Part shown: one piece after another, positions 23,107 through 37,862 of the stretch | Layout: the number at the start of each line of letters is the position of its first letter | Numbering within the stretch: position 1 is the first letter of the stretch | Source of the DNA: Auanema rhodensis | Lineage: Eukaryota; Animalia; Nematoda | Assembly: GCA_964057225.1 (NCBI GenBank) | Contig: OZ059895.1 | Coordinates: forward strand, 3,968,001 to 4,032,000 | Direction: 5' to 3' | Length of the DNA: 64,000 nucleotides | Translations under genes and position numbers: made by a program | Notes under the pieces: generated by a model | What the model was told of the DNA's origin: nothing | Database searches by the model: none | What the model saw: only the letters and a program-made list of their open reading frames with translations

Positions 23107-26100
23107 CTAAAAGAACATAGTGTAGTCAATTTTTTCGATATTCCGAAGTCTATTTTTCCATAATTCTGGATTATTCTCTTTTATATTTTTTGGTTCATTA
23201 CTTTTTTCATGATTTTGCAATGATTCACTGTTTATTCTATGATTTTCTTCGTTATTTGGTGTATTTTCTGATATTTCCAGAGGGATGAGATGATTAATAG
23301 ATCTGAGAAATCGATTCCCTTCAGAATTTCTAATTTTGACGGCAAGTGGCCATTTGTGTCTTTTTACGTTATTTTCAATGCATAAAACAATTTCACCAAC
23401 TTTGGGATTTGTTTTATTACAGTTTTTGTTGATAGCACTCTTGTTAGATAATGCTCTTAGTTCTTCAAGGTAAGTTAAAGACCATTCTCTCCAAAATTCC
23501 GAAATAGTTCTATTGCAAATACTCATCCAGTCTTTTATTTCGTTAATTTGAGATAAATTTGTTTTCTTTGCATTATCCGAGAATTCGCAAATGAGGTTTT
23601 CTGGATGGTAGTACTCTAGACTTTTAGGAGTTATTATTTTGTCAAAATCGTCATGTATGTACGATATAGGTCTCGAATTTATTATATTTTCAATTTCTGT
23701 TAAAATTGTACTTAATTCATTGAAATAAACTGTTCTTGTTCCAAGTGTTTTTATTAAGTACTTTTTTGTTACTCCAATCAATCTTTCATAAAATCCTCCT
23801 TTCCATGGTGAATAAGGAGTTATTTTTTGCCAGTTTACATGCTTTTTTTCAATGAAAGTTTCGAGAATTTTATCAGTTTTTGTAAACTGACTGCCGTTAT
23901 CTGATATTATTTTTGTTGGTACTCGTTTTCGAGCAAAAAATTTTCTCAGATTTAGTGTTAATTCTTTACTGGAGATTGCTCCAGTAAAGATTGGCTTTGG
24001 CTAAATCCAAATATACTGCTCGTGTACACAGGCAAGTAATTAACATAATCCAAACCTTCTTGTCATAATTACTATTTGTTTTTACTAATAACGGACCGGC
24101 GTAATCAATACCTATATTTTCGAAAGGTTTATATATTAGGACTCTTTCTTTTGGTAATTGAGGATAATTTGGGTATTTATATGGCCTATTATTTAATTTT
24201 TTACATTTTAAACATTTTGAAATTACTGTATTTATGCATGTTTTAAGTTTTATGATGAAAAATTCTCTTCTTACTATTGCCATCATGGTTTCTCGCGAAC
24301 TATGAAGCGATGTCTCATGAATGTAAGTAAGAATGAGTTTAGTGAATGTTTTTTTTCCAAAAAGAAGAATTGGATACTGTTTGTTACTATTTTCTGAGTT
24401 GCCTAATCGGCCTCGCACTCTTAATATTCCAGAATCATCTGTAATTATATCCAATTTCTTGTATTTTTCTTTTTTAAGCAAAATGCTGTTTTGGTTTTGA
24501 TGACATTTTATTAGAAGTTGTTGAATCATTTTGTTTTTTGTCAACGTATCTTTTTCATTAAAATTCTCAAGCAGATTTTGACTTGTTTTTCCGATATTTT
24601 TCTGCATTTTAGTGATGAAAATTAGAACTTGGCGAATTATGTTAATGAACTTTGAATACGATGAAAAAGTTTGTGCCAAGAAATCTAAATCTTGATTCTC
24701 AGCTGGATTCATATCAGATTTTAACAACAAAGTCACTATTTTTAGTTGTGGTTCATCACAATACTTTTCTATAACTTCTTTCAATGTTTTTATGTGCAAA
24801 TTTCGTTCTTTTTCTGCTTTATACCATTGAGGACCTTCGATCCATTGCATATATGTTTCATCGGGTTTTTCTAAACCTCTCGTAGGTAAATCGGCAGGAT
24901 TAAACTTTGTATTCACATAAAAAAATTCAATTTTTCGGTTTCCTTGTTCAATTTCGGTTATTAATTCTGTTATTTTGTTCAATCTGTTCTGTACATATAT
25001 TTTTTTCGTTGGATTCTTATGTAACCAACATAGAACAACTTGTGAATCAGTGAAAATTTTAATATTTTTGATTTTTACGTTTATTTCTTTGATATTTTCT
25101 TTTAACATTTTCATTCCGAAAAGAACAGCAGTTAGTTCTTTCATTGGTATGGTTCCTTCAACCATTGTCGATGATTTAGAGCATAAAAAATCTATTTTTT
25201 CAATTTTTCCATGAATATTTATACTCATCACATATGCGACGGCCGCTATGACATCTTTAGACGCGTCAGTGAATAATAAAAATTCATATTTTTGAGATGT
25301 ATCGCTTGTTTCATCGATAATTGCTCTTTTAATTTCGATTTTTTCGTTTTCGATCTTTTTATATAAGGTTTTTCATACTGATTGTTGTTTTTCTGGTATT
25401 AGTTCGTCCCATCCTATTTTGGAATCCCAAATTTCTTTCAAAAATAACCTTAGTTTTAATGTTAGAGGTTGTGTTATACCGAGAGGGTCGAATATTGAGT
25501 TTATATAGCTCAAAATTCCTCTTTTGGTGATAGACTTCTCTTCCCATTTGGGTATTTTTATTAATAAAACATCTTTTTCACCGTTGTAATGCATTCCTAG
25601 TATTTTGAAGCTTGTTTCTTTAATCTGGTCTTTGATTGGGATCATGTCTTTTTGAATTACATCATTAGTATAAAATTCTCTAACGTTCATTCCTATTTTT
25701 GAAAATAAATTTTTTACTTCCTCATAAAATTTGAAAATTTGATCTTTATTTTCAATTTTCAGCATTATGTTGTCCACATAAATGTTTCTTAATATATTTT
25801 CTGAGATTTCACTTTTTTCCGTTTTTAAAAAATAAATTATGCTTGCTGCTAATAGGAATGGTGAACTGTTCACTCCAAAAGGTATTCTTGTAAATCGTAA
25901 GTTTAGAATGTTACTTTTCTGCGTTCCTTTGTGAATGTCTTTCACCCATAAAATTCTTGTTAAATCTCTATGATTTTCGTCTAATTCTATTTGGTGGAAC
26001 GCTTTCTCTATGTCCCCTATTAAGAAGTTTCTACTCATTCTGAGTCTTATTAGCATGCCTGCAAGACTTGGTATGATGCCTTCACCTTGATACAGTATGT

Positions 26101-28078
26101 CATTGAGAGATTTTTCATTTTTCTTTTTACTTGATGCATTTAGAACAATTCTGAGCTTTGTAGTCAGGCTCGACAGTTTTAAAACATAATGATGTGGTAT
26201 ATAATAAGTGAAAAAAGGATGATTTTGCTCTGGAGCAATTTCTAGAATTCCAGTTTTCATTTGTTCCATCATTGTTTCGTTATATTTCATCAAAATATCG
26301 GTTTTATCTTTCATTGTGTTCAGTATGCCATTCAAACATCCGATACTTTTGCCATAATTATCGTTAATTGATTGAACATCCGGTCTTATTGGAAATTTAA
26401 CTTTAATTCGATCATTTACATATTGTACATTATCGTAAAAATGTTTCCAAGCCATTTTATCTTCATATTTACGTATTTCTTCTTTAGTTGCTTTTTTATT
26501 ATCATCATTTAAACTAATTCCGTTTAAAAAACAGCTTATATCTTCGTTTTGAACGGATTCTTTTGAATTACTATCATTACAGTCACTTTGAGCAATAATA
26601 GGATGTATTATAGTTGGTATTATAATCAAATCATTACGTATATTAATAGATTTGAAAGTTTTTGGAACAAAATCGAAGAAATTGTCCATTCCTATTAAAA
26701 TATCTGGTTCTACAAGACCTTTTTCAAATAATAATGTATTACTTTTTAGTTTATATGCTTTGATTTCTTTAATATCCTCTTCATTTAATATGGGCATATT
26801 AACATATTTTGTAATTTGATCAATACTCATTAGTTTTACTGCTTTTTTAACTTCGGGAATATCCCACATAACTTCTCTAGATGATATGTTTTTTATATTG
26901 TTATTTATGCTTGAAATACTTAAAGATTTTTCGTTTAAAATTTTTAAATTCAACAGTTTCGCTGTTTTTTCTTTTATAAATGATTGATGAGAGCAAGTAT
27001 CGAATAATATTACTAGATTTTTATGATAAGTTTTGAAAAATGATATGAAAAATGTGTTATTTCTATTTTTTTCTGTGTTATTTATATTTTCTGATAAAAG
27101 ATTAGTTCTTATTATCCCTTTTCTATTACATTTTTCATTATTCGAAAATTTTGCCCTAATGGTTCTTGATTGCCACCTGTTAGTTGAAGTTTCTGGCCTC
27201 TCTCTTCATTAGCATAATATTTTCTTTCATTTTGGTTTGGGGTACCTTCATTAGCATATGCGTTTCTGTTGTTTTTGAGTGTAGTTTGCTCATTAGCATA
27301 TTGGTTTTTTATGCAAATGCTTTGATGATGCCGTCCATTGCATATTTCGCATGGTTTTTCTTTACATTCGAATGATGAATGTTTTTTGCTAAAACAAATC
27401 CAGCATACTTTGTTTTGCATAATAATATTTCGCTTTTCGCTAATTGGTTTCAATTTTCTACAGTATTTCGTATCATGATTATCCATTCTACAGTATATGC
27501 ATGTTTTTTCAATTTGTTTTGTAGGGCTATAATTATTTTCGTTCATTCTATTATAATTTTTTATTGTTTTCGGATTTCTTTCTTTATTTGAATTTGTTAA
27601 AAAATTAATTGTTGATCTATGCTCATATTTTTCACTTTTGCTGTTTTTTGTTGCTGCAATTCCTGCTTCTATTTTGATTTCTATGCATTTTAGCACGTCT
27701 TCTATGTTCATTCTCCTTTTTTCTGTTATTTCTATTTCGGATATTTTTGTGTTGATCTCTATATCAAATTTGCTTTTTATTATTTCTATTATTTCATCAT
27801 TATCAACGTTTTCGTACTCTTCTAATGCTGATATTATTGACTTAATTTTATAAAAATTTTCTCTTGCATGTATTGGGTTGTTATATGATTTTCTTACGTT
27901 ACTAAGCTCCATTTTAAATCTTTTTTAATTTCGTAAGGTCTATCAAACGTATCTTTTAACAATTTCAGAGCTTTTGCATAATTGTTCGCCTCTAGGCTGA
28001 TGTGTTCCAACAGTTGTGATGGGAAGCCGGTAAGTGATGTTTTGAGATAGTATAATTTTTCTAATTTTGTTATTTTTT
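23107..28078 (-). pseudogene. Family B gag-pol pseudogene, copy 1 (5'-truncated gag)
   Basis: Gag with three CCHC knuckles; protease LFDTCSHQSFI (~27007-26975); RT YVDN; RNase H; integrase. Lesions: TGA in place of Trp at 25373-25375, 16-nt insertion at 23979-23994, 45-bp deletion at 23342/23343, 1-bp deletion near 27913. Confidence 0.95.
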
Positions 28079-28079
28079 C

Positions 28080-29084
28080 GCATCATTTTTCAAACGATCA
28101 TAACTGAATTTTGTATTGAGCGTTTTTCAATGAAATATAGTGCATTCGATGCGGATTTTTAAGCTGCGTCGATCTGTGTTATCAGATTTGCGCTAGCTTA
28201 AAAATGTACCGAGATATCAACTGATATGAGTTCACACTTATATCCTCGATTTTCACCCTGAAGAATTAATTTTTTCGTTGAATAACATTGTCCATCGTCT
28301 TTGCCTTGAAAAAGGAATCTAAAAACATCTACTTTTTGTTAAATTATTTTGAAATTTTTTGAAAACATTTTTGTCAAAATGTTTTTGGAAGCAATGTTGA
28401 GTGTACATGGAAACTCAACATACACTAATGCATCATTTTTCAAACGATCATAACTAATTTTTGTATTAAGCGTTTTTCAATGTAGTATAGTGCATTCGAT
28501 GCGGATTTTTAAGCTGCGTCGATCTGTGTTATCAGATTTGCGCTAGCTTAAAAATGCACCGAGATATCAACTGATATAAGTTCACACTTATATCCTCGAT
28601 TTTCACCCTGAAGAATTAATTTTTTCGTTGAATAACATTGTCCATCGTCTTTGCCTTGAAAAAAGGAATCTAAAAATATCTACTTTTTGCTAAATTATTC
28701 TGAAATTTTTTGAAAAAATTTTTGTCAAAATGTTTTTGGAAGCAATGTTGAGTGTACATGGAAACTCAACATACACTAATGCATCATTTTTCAAACGATC
28801 ATAACTAAGTTTTGTATTAAGCGTTTCTCAATGAAGTATAGTGCATTCGATGCGGATTTTTAAGCTGCGTCGATCTGTGTTATCAGATTTGCGCTAGCTT
28901 GGAAATGCACCGAGATATCAACTGATATAAGTTTACACTTATATCCTCGATTTTCACCCTGAAGAATTAATTTTTTCGTTGAATAACATTGTCCATCGTC
29001 TTTGCCTTAAAAAAATGAATCTAAAAACATCTACTTTTTGCTAAATTATTCTGAAATTTTTTGAAAAAATTTTTGTCAAAATGT
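28080..29084 (-). repeat. Inverted 351-bp satellite, ~2.9 monomers (unit 1)
   Basis: Reverse complement of the flanking satellite. Confidence 0.98.
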
Positions 29085-30108
29085 AAATCAGTTCACATTG
29101 TTGACTCATAGCGCGTAGTCGCATTTATTATTAACTGTTTTATCACTATAAATTGAATAAATCATTATTTTTATATTCTGTATCTTTTCGGAATATAAAT
29201 TTCGTTCATACAAAGAAAGAAACAAAAAATTCCCCATTCACCTATAATCTATAATCTGTTCGAAAATGCCCTTTTTTAGGGGGAATGTTTCGTATATATA
29301 CGAAAGAATAAGTAATGAATCATTAAATTAAGTAAAACATAAGAAATTTGGTTTTAAATAGAAAATAAGTAAATTCATTTTAAAATATATTTCTGTTGTG
29401 AGCGGTCGTATACAGTTTACGTCATATTTACGTGAACTGACGTACGCCAAATGCTTCACTTTTAAATTTATATTCCGAAAAGATACAGAATATAAAAATA
29501 ATGATTTATTCAATTTATAGTGATAAAACAGTTAATAATAAATGCGACTACGCGCTATGAGTCAACAATGTGAACTGATTTAAAAGTGAAGCATTTGGCG
29601 TACGTCAGTTCACGTAAATATGACGTAAACTGTATACGACCGCTCACAACAGAAATATATTTTAAAATGAATTTACTTATTTTTAGCGCGTAGTCGCATA
29701 TTTAATAATATATATCGTGATTCATAAAATATTTCTTATAAATAAATCATTTTCATTATATTTCGTTTTAATTTCGAGATATAAAAAGATATATATTATT
29801 AAATATGCGACTACGCGCTATGAGCCAACTATGTGAACTGAAAGATAACTTTATAGTCCTCGTTACGTCAATTTCACGCGCTTATGACGTGACGCGTATA
29901 CAACCGGTTTTCTCAAACCAAATGAGAATAAATGATTAATGAATTATTTCTTTTCAGGATGATTTTAATATTTAATGAATTCTCACTTTTTTAATAGTTT
30001 CTCCGTTACTTTCATTAAATTTCGTATAATATACGAAACATTCCAGCCCGAATCGGGTTGTTTAATATGTTTCACGAAAGAATTCATTTTATTTCATTTA
30101 AAAAATGT

Positions 30109-30611
30109 TTATTTTCGTTTGGTACATGGGCAGATAATAAAATTATACTGCTTCAAATTACAAAATTTACAAATTTTTGCTTTTGTGCAATCTCCTTTAT
30201 GTCTGTTAAGACAGAGTAAGCATAACTTCATAGAGACTGCTTTGGTAAACTTAGAAAGTTTAGATGGATGTTGGGAACATTTTTCGGTGTTGTGTTCTTT
30301 TTTACAGAGTTTGCAGTATGACTTCGGTTTATATGTTATAGTTGATGTACCATCTTTCTTAAATAATTTTTTGTTATTTATAAGTTGTTTATTATTAAAT
30401 TATATACCTTTTCTGGTTGTTTACTACTTATCTCTCGTTTTTCAGAGTAAATATCATTCAATTTCTTCAGTGCTTCACACATAGTAACCACGTGTTTCTC
30501 CAGAAAGGATATTCTTTCTATGAGATTGTCGGTGGTTGCTTGGTTTTCTTCAATTCCTTCCTCCAGAAGTAGTTCTTCATAATCATTCATGATTTCGTTC
30601 TGTTCCTTCAT
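30109..30611 (-). CDS. Spliced zinc-knuckle accessory gene, copy 2
   Basis: Same sequence as copy 1 at +7754. Confidence 0.8.
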
Positions 30612-30860
30612 GAGAAATGAATTTTTCTGTTAGATTCTTTTCTTTATATACTATTTCTGGTTGCGTGACTTTACGTGACGTTCACGTAACGTTATGACGT
30701 GTCACGAATCATCCGCCGCAAAAAAAAAACGACCGATTAACTCTTTTCACATAATTTGAATTACTTTTTATTTAAAATTAATATATATATATATATTTTT
30801 TTTATTCTAGAAACTACACTATGCATCTACAAAATTTAATTTAATTCAATGTTGTTATAG

Positions 30861-33800
30861 CTAAAAGAACATAGTGTAGTCAATTTTTTCGATATTCCGA
30901 AGTCTATTTTTCCATAATTCTGGATTATTCTCTTTTATATTTTTTGGTTCATTACTTTTTTCATGATTTTGCAATGATTCACTGTTTATTCTATGATTTT
31001 CTTCGTTATTTGGTGTATTTTCTGATATTTCCAGAGGGATGAGATGATTAATAGATCTGAGAAATCGATTCCCTTCAGAATTTCTAATTTTGACGGCAAG
31101 TGGCCATTTGTGTCTTTTTACGTTATTTTCAATGCATAAAACAATTTCACCAACTTTGGGATTTGTTTTATTACAGTTTTTGTTGATAGCACTCTTGTTA
31201 GATAATGCTCTTAGTTCTTCAAGGTAAGTTAAAGACCATTCTCTCCAAAATTCCGAAATAGTTCTATTGCAAATACTCATCCAGTCTTTTATTTCGTTAA
31301 TTTGAGATAAATTTGTTTTCTTTGCATTATCCGAGAATTCGCAAATGAGGTTTTCTGGATGGTAGTACTCTAGACTTTTAGGAGTTATTATTTTGTCAAA
31401 ATCGTCATGTATGTACGATATAGGTCTCGAATTTATTATATTTTCAATTTCTGTTAAAATTGTACTTAATTCATTGAAATAAACTGTTCTTGTTCCAAGT
31501 GTTTTTATTAAGTACTTTTTTGTTACTCCAATCAATCTTTCATAAAATCCTCCTTTCCATGGTGAATAAGGAGTTATTTTTTGCCAGTTTACATGCTTTT
31601 TTTCAATGAAAGTTTCGAGAATTTTATCAGTTTTTGTAAACTGACTGCCGTTATCTGATATTATTTTTGTTGGTACTCGTTTTCGAGCAAAAAATTTTCT
31701 CAGATTTAGTGTTAATTCTTTACTGGAGATTGCTCCAGTAAAGATTGGCTTTGGCTAAATCCAAATATACTGCTCGTGTACACAGGCAAGTAATTAACAT
31801 AATCCAAACCTTCTTGTCATAATTACTATTTGTTTTTACTAATAACGGACCGGCGTAATCAATACCTATATTTTCGAAAGGTTTATATATTAGGACTCTT
31901 TCTTTTGGTAATTGAGGATAATTTGGGTATTTATATGGCCTATTATTTAATTTTTTACATTTTAAACATTTTGAAATTACTGTATTTATGCATGTTTTAA
32001 GTTTTATGATGAAAAATTCTCTTCTTACTATTGCCATCATGGTTTCTCGCGAACTATGAAGCGATGTCTCATGAATGTAAGTAAGAATGAGTTTAGTGAA
32101 TGTTTTTTTTCCAAAAAGAAGAATTGGATACTGTTTGTTACTATTTTCTGAGTTGCCTAATCGGCCTCGCACTCTTAATATTCCAGAATCATCTGTAATT
32201 ATATCCAATTTCTTGTATTTTTCTTTTTTAAGCAAAATGCTGTTTTGGTTTTGATGACATTTTATTAGAAGTTGTTGAATCATTTTGTTTTTTGTCAACG
32301 TATCTTTTTCATTAAAATTCTCAAGCAGATTTTGACTTGTTTTTCCGATATTTTTCTGCATTTTAGTGATGAAAATTAGAACTTGGCGAATTATGTTAAT
32401 GAACTTTGAATACGATGAAAAAGTTTGTGCCAAGAAATCTAAATCTTGATTCTCAGCTGGATTCATATCAGATTTTAACAACAAAGTCACTATTTTTAGT
32501 TGTGGTTCATCACAATACTTTTCTATAACTTCTTTCAATGTTTTTATGTGCAAATTTCGTTCTTTTTCTGCTTTATACCATTGAGGACCTTCGATCCATT
32601 GCATATATGTTTCATCGGGTTTTTCTAAACCTCTCGTAGGTAAATCGGCAGGATTAAACTTTGTATTCACATAAAAAAATTCAATTTTTCGGTTTCCTTG
32701 TTCAATTTCGGTTATTAATTCTGTTATTTTGTTCAATCTGTTCTGTACATATATTTTTTTCGTTGGATTCTTATGTAACCAACATAGAACAACTTGTGAA
32801 TCAGTGAAAATTTTAATATTTTTGATTTTTACGTTTATTTCTTTGATATTTTCTTTTAACATTTTCATTCCGAAAAGAACAGCAGTTAGTTCTTTCATTG
32901 GTATGGTTCCTTCAACCATTGTCGATGATTTAGAGCATAAAAAATCTATTTTTTCAATTTTTCCATGAATATTTATACTCATCACATATGCGACGGCCGC
33001 TATGACATCTTTAGACGCGTCAGTGAATAATAAAAATTCATATTTTTGAGATGTATCGCTTGTTTCATCGATAATTGCTCTTTTAATTTCGATTTTTTCG
33101 TTTTCGATCTTTTTATATAAGGTTTTTCATACTGATTGTTGTTTTTCTGGTATTAGTTCGTCCCATCCTATTTTGGAATCCCAAATTTCTTTCAAAAATA
33201 ACCTTAGTTTTAATGTTAGAGGTTGTGTTATACCGAGAGGGTCGAATATTGAGTTTATATAGCTCAAAATTCCTCTTTTGGTGATAGACTTCTCTTCCCA
33301 TTTGGGTATTTTTATTAATAAAACATCTTTTTCACCGTTGTAATGCATTCCTAGTATTTTGAAGCTTGTTTCTTTAATCTGGTCTTTGATTGGGATCATG
33401 TCTTTTTGAATTACATCATTAGTATAAAATTCTCTAACGTTCATTCCTATTTTTGAAAATAAATTTTTTACTTCCTCATAAAATTTGAAAATTTGATCTT
33501 TATTTTCAATTTTCAGCATTATGTTGTCCACATAAATGTTTCTTAATATATTTTCTGAGATTTCACTTTTTTCCGTTTTTAAAAAATAAATTATGCTTGC
33601 TGCTAATAGGAATGGTGAACTGTTCACTCCAAAAGGTATTCTTGTAAATCGTAAGTTTAGAATGTTACTTTTCTGCGTTCCTTTGTGAATGTCTTTCACC
33701 CATAAAATTCTTGTTAAATCTCTATGATTTTCGTCTAATTCTATTTGGTGGAACGCTTTCTCTATGTCCCCTATTAAGAAGTTTCTACTCATTCTGAGTC

Positions 33801-35832
33801 TTATTAGCATGCCTGCAAGACTTGGTATGATGCCTTCACCTTGATACAGTATGTCATTGAGAGATTTTTCATTTTTCTTTTTACTTGATGCATTTAGAAC
33901 AATTCTGAGCTTTGTAGTCAGGCTCGACAGTTTTAAAACATAATGATGTGGTATATAATAAGTGAAAAAAGGATGATTTTGCTCTGGAGCAATTTCTAGA
34001 ATTCCAGTTTTCATTTGTTCCATCATTGTTTCGTTATATTTCATCAAAATATCGGTTTTATCTTTCATTGTGTTCAGTATGCCATTCAAACATCCGATAC
34101 TTTTGCCATAATTATCGTTAATTGATTGAACATCCGGTCTTATTGGAAATTTAACTTTAATTCGATCATTTACATATTGTACATTATCGTAAAAATGTTT
34201 CCAAGCCATTTTATCTTCATATTTACGTATTTCTTCTTTAGTTGCTTTTTTATTATCATCATTTAAACTAATTCCGTTTAAAAAACAGCTTATATCTTCG
34301 TTTTGAACGGATTCTTTTGAATTACTATCATTACAGTCACTTTGAGCAATAATAGGATGTATTATAGTTGGTATTATAATCAAATCATTACGTATATTAA
34401 TAGATTTGAAAGTTTTTGGAACAAAATCGAAGAAATTGTCCATTCCTATTAAAATATCTGGTTCTACAAGACCTTTTTCAAATAATAATGTATTACTTTT
34501 TAGTTTATATGCTTTGATTTCTTTAATATCCTCTTCATTTAATATGGGCATATTAACATATTTTGTAATTTGATCAATACTCATTAGTTTTACTGCTTTT
34601 TTAACTTCGGGAATATCCCACATAACTTCTCTAGATGATATGTTTTTTATATTGTTATTTATGCTTGAAATACTTAAAGATTTTTCGTTTAAAATTTTTA
34701 AATTCAACAGTTTCGCTGTTTTTTCTTTTATAAATGATTGATGAGAGCAAGTATCGAATAATATTACTAGATTTTTATGATAAGTTTTGAAAAATGATAT
34801 GAAAAATGTGTTATTTCTATTTTTTTCTGTGTTATTTATATTTTCTGATAAAAGATTAGTTCTTATTATCCCTTTTCTATTACATTTTTCATTATTCGAA
34901 AATTTTGCCCTAATGGTTCTTGATTGCCACCTGTTAGTTGAAGTTTCTGGCCTCTCTCTTCATTAGCATAATATTTTCTTTCATTTTGGTTTGGGGTACC
35001 TTCATTAGCATATGCGTTTCTGTTGTTTTTGAGTGTAGTTTGCTCATTAGCATATTGGTTTTTTATGCAAATGCTTTGATGATGCCGTCCATTGCATATT
35101 TCGCATGGTTTTTCTTTACATTCGAATGATGAATGTTTTTTGCTAAAACAAATCCAGCATACTTTGTTTTGCATAATAATATTTCGCTTTTCGCTAATTG
35201 GTTTCAATTTTCTACAGTATTTCGTATCATGATTATCCATTCTACAGTATATGCATGTTTTTTCAATTTGTTTTGTAGGGCTATAATTATTTTCGTTCAT
35301 TCTATTATAATTTTTTATTGTTTTCGGATTTCTTTCTTTATTTGAATTTGTTAAAAAATTAATTGTTGATCTATGCTCATATTTTTCACTTTTGCTGTTT
35401 TTTGTTGCTGCAATTCCTGCTTCTATTTTGATTTCTATGCATTTTAGCACGTCTTCTATGTTCATTCTCCTTTTTTCTGTTATTTCTATTTCGGATATTT
35501 TTGTGTTGATCTCTATATCAAATTTGCTTTTTATTATTTCTATTATTTCATCATTATCAACGTTTTCGTACTCTTCTAATGCTGATATTATTGACTTAAT
35601 TTTATAAAAATTTTCTCTTGCATGTATTGGGTTGTTATATGATTTTCTTACGTTACTAAGCTCCATTTTAAATCTTTTTTAATTTCGTAAGGTCTATCAA
35701 ACGTATCTTTTAACAATTTCAGAGCTTTTGCATAATTGTTCGCCTCTAGGCTGATGTGTTCCAACAGTTGTGATGGGAAGCCGGTAAGTGATGTTTTGAG
35801 ATAGTATAATTTTTCTAATTTTGTTATTTTTT
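30861..35832 (-). pseudogene. Family B gag-pol pseudogene, copy 2
   Basis: Same lesions as copy 1, including the 45-bp deletion. Confidence 0.95.
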
Positions 35833-35833
35833 C

Positions 35834-36838
35834 GCATCATTTTTCAAACGATCATAACTGAATTTTGTATTGAGCGTTTTTCAATGAAATATAGTGCATT
35901 CGATGCGGATTTTTAAGCTGCGTCGATCTGTGTTATCAGATTTGCGCTAGCTTAAAAATGTACCGAGATATCAACTGATATGAGTTCACACTTATATCCT
36001 CGATTTTCACCCTGAAGAATTAATTTTTTCGTTGAATAACATTGTCCATCGTCTTTGCCTTGAAAAAGGAATCTAAAAACATCTACTTTTTGTTAAATTA
36101 TTTTGAAATTTTTTGAAAACATTTTTGTCAAAATGTTTTTGGAAGCAATGTTGAGTGTACATGGAAACTCAACATACACTAATGCATCATTTTTCAAACG
36201 ATCATAACTAATTTTTGTATTAAGCGTTTTTCAATGTAGTATAGTGCATTCGATGCGGATTTTTAAGCTGCGTCGATCTGTGTTATCAGATTTGCGCTAG
36301 CTTAAAAATGCACCGAGATATCAACTGATATAAGTTCACACTTATATCCTCGATTTTCACCCTGAAGAATTAATTTTTTCGTTGAATAACATTGTCCATC
36401 GTCTTTGCCTTGAAAAAAGGAATCTAAAAATATCTACTTTTTGCTAAATTATTCTGAAATTTTTTGAAAAAATTTTTGTCAAAATGTTTTTGGAAGCAAT
36501 GTTGAGTGTACATGGAAACTCAACATACACTAATGCATCATTTTTCAAACGATCATAACTAAGTTTTGTATTAAGCGTTTCTCAATGAAGTATAGTGCAT
36601 TCGATGCGGATTTTTAAGCTGCGTCGATCTGTGTTATCAGATTTGCGCTAGCTTGGAAATGCACCGAGATATCAACTGATATAAGTTTACACTTATATCC
36701 TCGATTTTCACCCTGAAGAATTAATTTTTTCGTTGAATAACATTGTCCATCGTCTTTGCCTTAAAAAAATGAATCTAAAAACATCTACTTTTTGCTAAAT
36801 TATTCTGAAATTTTTTGAAAAAATTTTTGTCAAAATGT
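35834..36838 (-). repeat. Inverted satellite block (unit 2)
   Basis: Same as 28080-29084. Confidence 0.98.
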
Positions 36839-37862
36839 AAATCAGTTCACATTGTTGACTCATAGCGCGTAGTCGCATTTATTATTAACTGTTTTATCAC
36901 TATAAATTGAATAAATCATTATTTTTATATTCTGTATCTTTTCGGAATATAAATTTCGTTCATACAAAGAAAGAAACAAAAAATTCCCCATTCACCTATA
37001 ATCTATAATCTGTTCGAAAATGCCCTTTTTTAGGGGGAATGTTTCGTATATATACGAAAGAATAAGTAATGAATCATTAAATTAAGTAAAACATAAGAAA
37101 ATTGGTTTTAAATAGAAAATAAGTAAATTCATTTTAAAATATATTTCTGTTGTGAGCGGTCGTATACAGTTTACGTCATATTTACGTGAACTGACGTACG
37201 CCAAATGCTTCACTTTTAAATTTATATTCCGAAAAGATACAGAATATAAAAATAATGATTTATTCAATTTATAGTGATAAAACAGTTAATAATAAATGCG
37301 ACTACGCGCTATGAGTCAACAATGTGAACTGATTTAAAAGTGAAGCATTTGGCGTACGTCAGTTCACGTAAATATGACGTAAACTGTATACGACCGCTCA
37401 CAACAGAAATATATTTTAAAATGAATTTACTTATTTTTAGCGCGTAGTCGCATATTTAATAATATATATCGTGATTCATAAAATATTTCTTATAAATAAA
37501 TCATTTTCATTATATTTCGTTTTAATTTCGAGATATAAAAAGATATATATTATTAAATATGCGACTACGCGCTATGAGCCAACTATGTGAACTGAAAGAT
37601 AACTTTATAGTCCTCGTTACGTCAATTTCACGCGCTTATGACGTGACGCGTATACAACCGGTTTTCTCAAACCAAATGAGAATAAATGATTAATGAATTA
37701 TTTCTTTTCAGGATGATTTTAATATTTAATGAATTCTCACTTTTTTAATAGTTTCTCCGTTACTTTCATTAAATTTCGTATAATATACGAAACATTCCAG
37801 CCCGAATCGGGTTGTTTAATATGTTTCACGAAAGAATTCATTTTATTTCATTTAAAAAATGT

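Noticed and set aside
24975-27853. Short Phe/Ile-rich plus-strand ORFs (also 18766, 19355, 38844, 59767 and copies)
   Set aside because: Antisense shadows of Lys/Glu/Asn-rich gag-pol.
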